DNA from: an uncultured Acidobacteriota bacterium
Lineage (GTDB): Bacteria > Acidobacteriota > Thermoanaerobaculia > UBA5066
Direction: 5' to 3'
Length of the DNA stretch: 64,000 nt
NCBI GenBank assembly: GCA_963779415.1
Contig: CAVZYA010000001.1
Location: forward strand, 480,001 to 544,000
Positions 58,979-64,000 of the stretch are shown piece after piece. A program made the position numbers and the translations under genes. Position 1 is the stretch's first letter; each line of letters opens with the position of its first letter. Under the pieces are notes generated by a model, which was not told where the DNA came from, made no database searches, and saw only the letters and a list, made by a program, of their open reading frames with translations.

Positions 58979-61587
58979 CGCGTCTGTCGTCTCCTTTCCA
59001 TGCCGCCATCGTCAAAGCCCGACACCACGCCGTACTTCCCCTCCATGAAGCTGCTCACGAACCGGTCGACGAGACCGTCGTCGCGCAGGAGGATGTCGAG
59101 CTGTCTCGTGAAGCCGATCAGGCGCCCGATCATCCGGAGGCGATCGACCATGGCGTCGCAGGGGATCTTCTTCACCCTCCCGATCACGAGGTCGCCCGCC
59201 CCGCCGACCACGAAGTCGTGGGCCGTGAGAATCTGCCGGAGGAGGACGGCGCGACGGGCCCGACGCGTCATTTCGGTCACGCCGCCGGTGAAGCGGAAGT
59301 AGATGTAGTTGTCGCTGCGCGACTCCGAAAGAAAGGACTCCACGATGTTGAAGTGATACCCGAGCCGGAGGCTCAGGTTCAGGTAATCGGCGGCAACGAT
59401 GGCGACGTTCAGGTCCGGGCGCATCGACGACTGGTCGGTGAGCGCTTGGGAGCGGGTCATGCTCGACATGAAGCCGTCGAGGTCCATGTCGGCCGGCCCG
59501 GTGGCCCAGACGCCTTCGGTGGCCAGTCCCTCCATCACGGCCTGGAGCGGGCGCGAGCGGATCTGTTCGGGGCGGAGTGGCGTCCGGTCATCGCCGGATT
59601 CCACGCCCCCGCCGAGGTCGATGACGACGAGGTCGAGCGGCACCTTCAGGTCCAACCGGCGAACGGACCGGTCGCCCGGCCGGGGCGTCAGCCGGTGCCC
59701 TTCGGCCAGCTCCTCCATCGCCTTCTCGTGGGCGAAGCGGATGATGTCGTGGTACGTCAGGCAATACTTGGGGAAGAAGTTCGACCCCCGGGGATTCTTG
59801 AGGTTCAGCGGGGCGATCTTCCGGAGCATCCGCCGGAGGAGACGGAACTCGGGCGTGTCGGAGAACGTCGCCCGGCGTAGGAGCTGATCCTCCAGAAGCT
59901 CGCGGACGCAGCCCGCGTAGACCACGTTCTCTTCGGCGTCCACGGTCACCTCGCCGGCGTCCCTGAGAAGCTCCGTGGCGTTCCCGGCGTCGACGATGGC
60001 GGGCACGCGGAACTCGCGCGCGATGGCGGCGAGGTGGCCGGTGGAGGTGCCGATGTCGGTAATGACGGCGGCGGCCTGCGCCACGGCCGCCGCCAGCCGA
60101 GGCGAAGAGGTCCTCGCCACCAGAACGACGCCCGGGGTGACGACGTCCAGCTCCTCGGAGCCCGCGAGGATGCGGACGGGGCCGGAGCCGATGCCGCGGC
60201 ATGCCACGACGCCGCGGTTCTTCAAAAGGACGGGATGACGGCTCGTCACCTCGTCCAGATCGAGAGACAAAGGGGGCGGGAGATTCACGAGACGAAGCGG
60301 CCTCGATTGCAGGACGAAGAGACGCCCGTCGGGATCGATCGCCCACTCGATGTCCTGCGCTCCCTTCATGTACCTTTCGATCCGGAGCGCCGTGGCCGAA
60401 AGCTGCTGAAGCTCCGGATCCGACACCGCCGGGACCGATCTCTCGGCCGCCGGAACGAGGACTCTTTCCACGCCGCCGCGGCCGACCGAGTACATTTCCG
60501 TCTTCTCGGCCACTCTCCTCGCGAGCACTTCGTGCGGCGCCTCCCGCGACACTTCGAACCGGTCGACGGCGAGGTTCCCTTCGACGACCGCCCGTCCGAG
60601 GCCGCGGGCGGCGGAAATCTGGAGGACCCTTCTCGACGGGTCGTTCGGATCCAGTGTGTAGACGACGCCCGAAGCGCGCGCCGGGACCATGCTGAGGCAG
60701 GCCACGGCCATCAGCCCCTGTGCCGGATCGAGTCCGCCGCTCTTCCGGTACTGCATCACTCCGGCGGAGAAGAGGCTCGACACCACCTGCCGGTAGGCCG
60801 GGAGGACGTCCGCGGGCGAGACCCCCAGCCGGGTCTCGTACTGCCCGGCGAAGCTGAGCTCGCCGTCCTCGCCGAGCGCGCTGCTCCGGACGGCGAGGGC
60901 CACGAACTTCCCCTTCTGCTTCAGATCGTCGAGAGCTTTCCGGACCGCTCGCGCGAGCTCCTTCGGCAACGCCGCGTCCCGAACCTTCGCTTGGAGGGCG
61001 TTCGCCAGCCCGGCCATTCCAGCCGTCCGGTCCGCCTCGTTCCCGCTCCGCCAACTCTCGATCATGGCTCCGATTCCCGCCTGCTCGAGGAAGAGCTGGC
61101 AGGCGTAAGCCGTGATCACGAAGCCCTCCGGAACGTGGCAGCCTTCCAGCTTCTTCAGGGAGCCGAGGCGGGCGATCTTCTCGCCCACGGTGTCGGCCAG
61201 CTCCTCCCCGACGCTCTCGAGGGGAACGACGATGTCCGCCTCGGGGACGAAAAGGCGCGACTCCAGCGTGGCGCGCACCGAGGCGTCGGCGCGCTTGAGG
61301 GCGTCGACGAGATCCGGGTAGCGGTCGCCCGTGATGGCGTTGAGGTCGAAGACGACCGCGCGGGTCGCCGCCTCGAGCTGCCCGGCGAGGGTGGCGAGCG
61401 TGTTCCGGTCGAAGACGTACTCGCCTCCGAGCATCTCGCCCGCCTTCGCGATCAGTTCCAGGACCTCGTTGTTCTTGTCGACGAGGTCGCGCAGCCCCTC
61501 GATCCTCCGGCGAACGGCGTCGACCGTCTCCTCGGGCCGGGACTCCCGGGTGACCCTCTTCCAGAGGCTTCCCATATCGAGTGCCAC
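58975..61587 (-). CDS. PEP/pyruvate-binding (PEP-synthase N-domain) + swivelling His-domain protein
   Basis: VPEGFVIT, AVRSSALGED..SFAGQYET, QDIEWA, LQSRPL, and phospho-His motif TGHLAAIAREFRVP. The C-terminal domain is not a full PEP-utilizer TIM barrel. Confidence 0.85.
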   Translation of the reverse strand: MALDMGSLWKRVTRESRPEETVDAVRRRIEGLRDLVDKNNEVLELIAKAGEMLGGEYVFDRNTLATLAGQLEAATRAVVFDLNAITGDRYPDLVDALKRADASVRATLESRLFVPEADIVVPLESVGEELADTVGEKIARLGSLKKLEGCHVPEGFVITAYACQLFLEQAGIGAMIESWRSGNEADRTAGMAGLANALQAKVRDAALPKELARAVRKALDDLKQKGKFVALAVRSSALGEDGELSFAGQYETRLGVSPADVLPAYRQVVSSLFSAGVMQYRKSGGLDPAQGLMAVACLSMVPARASGVVYTLDPNDPSRRVLQISAARGLGRAVVEGNLAVDRFEVSREAPHEVLARRVAEKTEMYSVGRGGVERVLVPAAERSVPAVSDPELQQLSATALRIERYMKGAQDIEWAIDPDGRLFVLQSRPLRLVNLPPPLSLDLDEVTSRHPVLLKNRGVVACRGIGSGPVRILAGSEELDVVTPGVVLVARTSSPRLAAAVAQAAAVITDIGTSTGHLAAIAREFRVPAIVDAGNATELLRDAGEVTVDAEENVVYAGCVRELLEDQLLRRATFSDTPEFRLLRRMLRKIAPLNLKNPRGSNFFPKYCLTYHDIIRFAHEKAMEELAEGHRLTPRPGDRSVRRLDLKVPLDLVVIDLGGGVESGDDRTPLRPEQIRSRPLQAVMEGLATEGVWATGPADMDLDGFMSSMTRSQALTDQSSMRPDLNVAIVAADYLNLSLRLGYHFNIVESFLSESRSDNYIYFRFTGGVTEMTRRARRAVLLRQILTAHDFVVGGAGDLVIGRVKKIPCDAMVDRLRMIGRLIGFTRQLDILLRDDGLVDRFVSSFMEGKYGVVSGFDDGGMERRRQTR

Positions 61588-61588
61588 C

Positions 61589-62392
61589 CTAGTGCGGCCG
61601 TCTGGACCCGCGGCCGAAGACGACTCCGGTGAACATGCCCGCGGCGATCGCGACCACGACGGAGACGATTCCGTAGAGGAGGCCGCGCTCGTGCGCCATT
61701 CTCGAGGTGAACGCGGCGAATCCCACCTGCTGCACGATCATGGCCGTCCCGGCCACGGCGGCCCCCTCTCCGTCGCGAAACGAGAAGAGCCGGACCCGGT
61801 ACTCCCCGGGGGGGGTTTTCGCCGGGAGAAAGAGGTCCGCCGCGACCTCGAGGCGGCCTTCGCCCCCCGGTTTCAACGAGACCGTGCCTTCCACGAGGGA
61901 CCAGAGCCCTTCGCCCTTCTTGAGCCGCACCAGCTCGCCGAACAGCGCCGCGCTGCCGGCGGCTGCCTCTCCGGCGGTCGCCCGGGCCTCCAGGGCATCC
62001 ACGCCCACGCCGAGGCGTGCGAGGACCCCGGCGGGCGCGAGATCTCTCAGGGGCCCGGAGGTGCAGAGGAGATAGACGGACGGAACGTGGTCGAAGGCGA
62101 CATCGCCGGTATTCATCCAGAAGAGACCCCAGACTCTCCCCTTTCTCTTGAGATCGAGCCGGCCCTCGCTCCCCTCGCAGACGACGGCGGCCTTCTGGCC
62201 GGCCGGAATCGTCCCGTGGACGTGAAGCAGGGCCCCATTGAAGAAGAGGCCGACCCGGACGACATCGGGCTCCACCGAAAGCGTTCCGTGCCCTTCGGCG
62301 GGGTCGCCCGGCGTCTGGCCGCCGGATCGGGTCGCCAGGACGGCGAGGCCCAGTGCGCCCAGCGCCCGAAGCCCCCAGCGCGAGGCCCTCAT
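61589..62392 (-). CDS. TIGR02186-like membrane-anchored protein (TauE partner)
   Basis: FNGA, RKGRVWGLFWMN, VPSVY, PPGEYRV, C-terminal TM with LYG. Adjacent to TauE. Confidence 0.78.
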   Translation of the reverse strand: MRASRWGLRALGALGLAVLATRSGGQTPGDPAEGHGTLSVEPDVVRVGLFFNGALLHVHGTIPAGQKAAVVCEGSEGRLDLKRKGRVWGLFWMNTGDVAFDHVPSVYLLCTSGPLRDLAPAGVLARLGVGVDALEARATAGEAAAGSAALFGELVRLKKGEGLWSLVEGTVSLKPGGEGRLEVAADLFLPAKTPPGEYRVRLFSFRDGEGAAVAGTAMIVQQVGFAAFTSRMAHERGLLYGIVSVVVAIAAGMFTGVVFGRGSRRPH

Positions 62393-62395
62393 CGC

Positions 62396-63325
62396 TCAGT
62401 GCCCTCCCCCGTACGTCAGCATGACGTCCGGCTTCAGAAGAAGGCCGAGAAGCATCTTCACCATCACGGCCAGAACGATGACGGACATGAGGATCTTGAG
62501 CTGATCGGCCTGCAGCCGCTTGCTGAAGCGGGCGCCGACCTGGGCCCCGATGACCGAGCCGATCAGCAGTATCAGCGCCAGCACGACGTCCACGTTGTGG
62601 TTCACCGCGGCCTGGAGAATCGTCACGTTGATGCAGGTGGCGAGGATCTGGAAAAGGCTCGTCCCCACGACCACGTGCATCGGCATCCGGAGGAGGTAGA
62701 CCATCACCGGGACCATGATGAAGCCCCCTCCGACCCCCATCACGGCGGCGAGCGCGCCGACCACCACCCCGAAGAAGAGCGGGACGAGCGCCGAGAAAGT
62801 GACGTTCGAGCGCGCGAAGTGCATCTTCATGGGAAGGGCCTCGACGAGGCGAGCGAGCGGCGACCGACGCCGTTCCGCGCCCTGCGGAGTCGGACGGCGC
62901 CCCCCGCGAAGCCCCTGAAGGCTCTCGAAGAACATGTAGCTGCCGACGCCGCCGAGCATCAGGACGTACGTCGCCGTGATCACGAAACCCGCCTCGCCGG
63001 CGCTCCGGAGAAGCTTGATCAAAACGACGCCGAGCGACCCGCCGACGATGCCGCCGACGAGGAGCAGTCCCCCCATCCTGAAGTCGACCGACCCGGCCCG
63101 AGCGTGCGCATACGTCCCCGAGGCCGAGGCCGCCACGATCTGGTTGGAGTCCGAGGCGGCCGCGATCGTGGCGGGAACGCCGATCATCATCAGGAGGGGG
63201 GTCATCAGGAACCCGCCGCCCACCCCGAAGAGGCCCGAGAGGAAGCCGACGAGCCCTCCCAGCCCGAGGAGAAGGAAGACGTTCACCGCGTTGCCGGCGA
63301 TCGGCAGATAGACGGAGAAGCTCAT
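62396..63325 (-). CDS. TauE/SafE-family permease
   Basis: SGLFGVGGGFLMTP and MGVGGGFIMVP repeats, VGTSLFQI. Confidence 0.92.
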   Translation of the reverse strand: MSFSVYLPIAGNAVNVFLLLGLGGLVGFLSGLFGVGGGFLMTPLLMMIGVPATIAAASDSNQIVAASASGTYAHARAGSVDFRMGGLLLVGGIVGGSLGVVLIKLLRSAGEAGFVITATYVLMLGGVGSYMFFESLQGLRGGRRPTPQGAERRRSPLARLVEALPMKMHFARSNVTFSALVPLFFGVVVGALAAVMGVGGGFIMVPVMVYLLRMPMHVVVGTSLFQILATCINVTILQAAVNHNVDVVLALILLIGSVIGAQVGARFSKRLQADQLKILMSVIVLAVMVKMLLGLLLKPDVMLTYGGGH

Positions 63326-63332
63326 CGGCGCA

Positions 63333-64000
63333 TCAAGCCTCCGTTCTTTGAATCCGGGCGACGGGGATGAGGACGGTGAAAGTCGTCCCTTCTCCCACCG
63401 CGCTCTCGACCGAGATCTTCCCGCCGTGCTTCTCGACGATCGACTGCACCACGGTGAGGCCGAGCCCGGTCCCCTTGCCGGCTTCCTTCGTGGTGAAGAA
63501 GGGCTCGAAGATCTTTCCGAGATTCTCGGCGCTGATCCCCACTCCCGTGTCGCTCACGTCGACGCGGACCATCGACTCGCCTTCCGGGCGCGCCCGGATG
63601 CCGAGCACGCCCCCCTTCGGCATGGCGTGAATTCCGTTGAGGCAGAGGTTGAGGAAGACCTGCTGGAGGTTGCGCGGGTTGCCGAGGACGGGAGGGAGGT
63701 TCCCGTCGGTCTCCAGCCGGGGCTCCACCCGGGCCAGGCTCAGCTCGTTGCCGATCAGCTTGAGGGTCGATTCGAGGATCCCCGCGATGGCCACCTGCGT
63801 GAAGGCGGGCTGGTCCTTGCGGGTGAAGTCGAGAAGCTGGCGGACGGTCGCGCTCGCCCGCTCCACCTGCGTGGAGATCTGGTCGAGCATCCGGAGCTTT
63901 TCGTCCTCCGAAAAGCTCGCGAAGTCGTCGAGAAGGGTCTCGGTCGTCAGGCTGATGTTGTTGAGCGGGTTGTTCAGCTCGTGGGCGATGCCCGACGTGA
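63333..64000 (-). CDS. Sensor histidine kinase (C-terminal part; start lies beyond the window)
   Basis: H-box GIAHELNNPL read at 63960-63995, N-box QQVFLNLCLNG, DTGVG, FEPFFTTK, GTGLGL. Confidence 0.93.
   Translation of the reverse strand, partial: TSGIAHELNNPLNNISLTTETLLDDFASFSEDEKLRMLDQISTQVERASATVRQLLDFTRKDQPAFTQVAIAGILESTLKLIGNELSLARVEPRLETDGNLPPVLGNPRNLQQVFLNLCLNGIHAMPKGGVLGIRARPEGESMVRVDVSDTGVGISAENLGKIFEPFFTTKEAGKGTGLGLTVVQSIVEKHGGKISVESAVGEGTTFTVLIPVARIQRTEA

Noticed and set aside
1-64000. Many long Arg/Pro/Gly-rich overlapping ORFs (e.g. 1669..3582, 11150..13549, 30588..32678, 56170..58431, 61331..63370)
   Set aside because: Antisense or off-frame shadows of real genes, as expected at high GC. 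No motifs.
1-64000. CRISPR arrays, tRNA/rRNA genes, IS elements, prophage genes
   Set aside because: No regularly spaced repeats, cloverleaf-like sequences, transposases or integrases were recognised by eye. Dedicated scans were not run.

Overview
High-GC bacterial chromosomal window. Gene content and style are consistent with an Acidobacteriota/Thermoanaerobaculia-like organism (inference only). About 1-41 kb is mostly housekeeping: uvrC, pabB/pabC-like, coaD, a peptide ABC transporter, a SpoIVB-like peptidase, tolQRAB-pal-cpoB, rpsT, lptE, leuS, nusB (fused to a transglutaminase domain), ribH, adenosine kinase, MTAP, ileS-lspA-lgt-rluD, a Ser/Thr kinase, two aldehyde dehydrogenases and a bactofilin. 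Several genes at 12.7-15.4 kb, and rluD, are broken by single-base frameshifts that look like assembly indels. From about 41.4 kb there is an accessory, anaerobe-style block: porin, OFA-family MFS transporter, two family III CoA-transferases, and small Cys-rich proteins, one BssB/C-like. The main candidate novel system follows at 48.6-55.9 kb. It is a tightly coupled operon with a ubiquitin-like protein (GG plus C-terminal extension), an E2-like protein (HPF...ICLG), a ClpX-like unfoldase lacking the ClpP-docking IGF loop, a JAB/JAMM peptidase, a tandem inactive+active ThiF-domain E1 and an MBL-TPR protein. It sits between acyl-CoA metabolic genes rather than in an obvious defence island. An acyl-CoA ligase, a CMP-kinase-like/BON protein and a convergent HK-TauE-TIGR02186-PEP-utilizer-RR module end the window. 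All family calls come from motifs read by eye; no database search was run.
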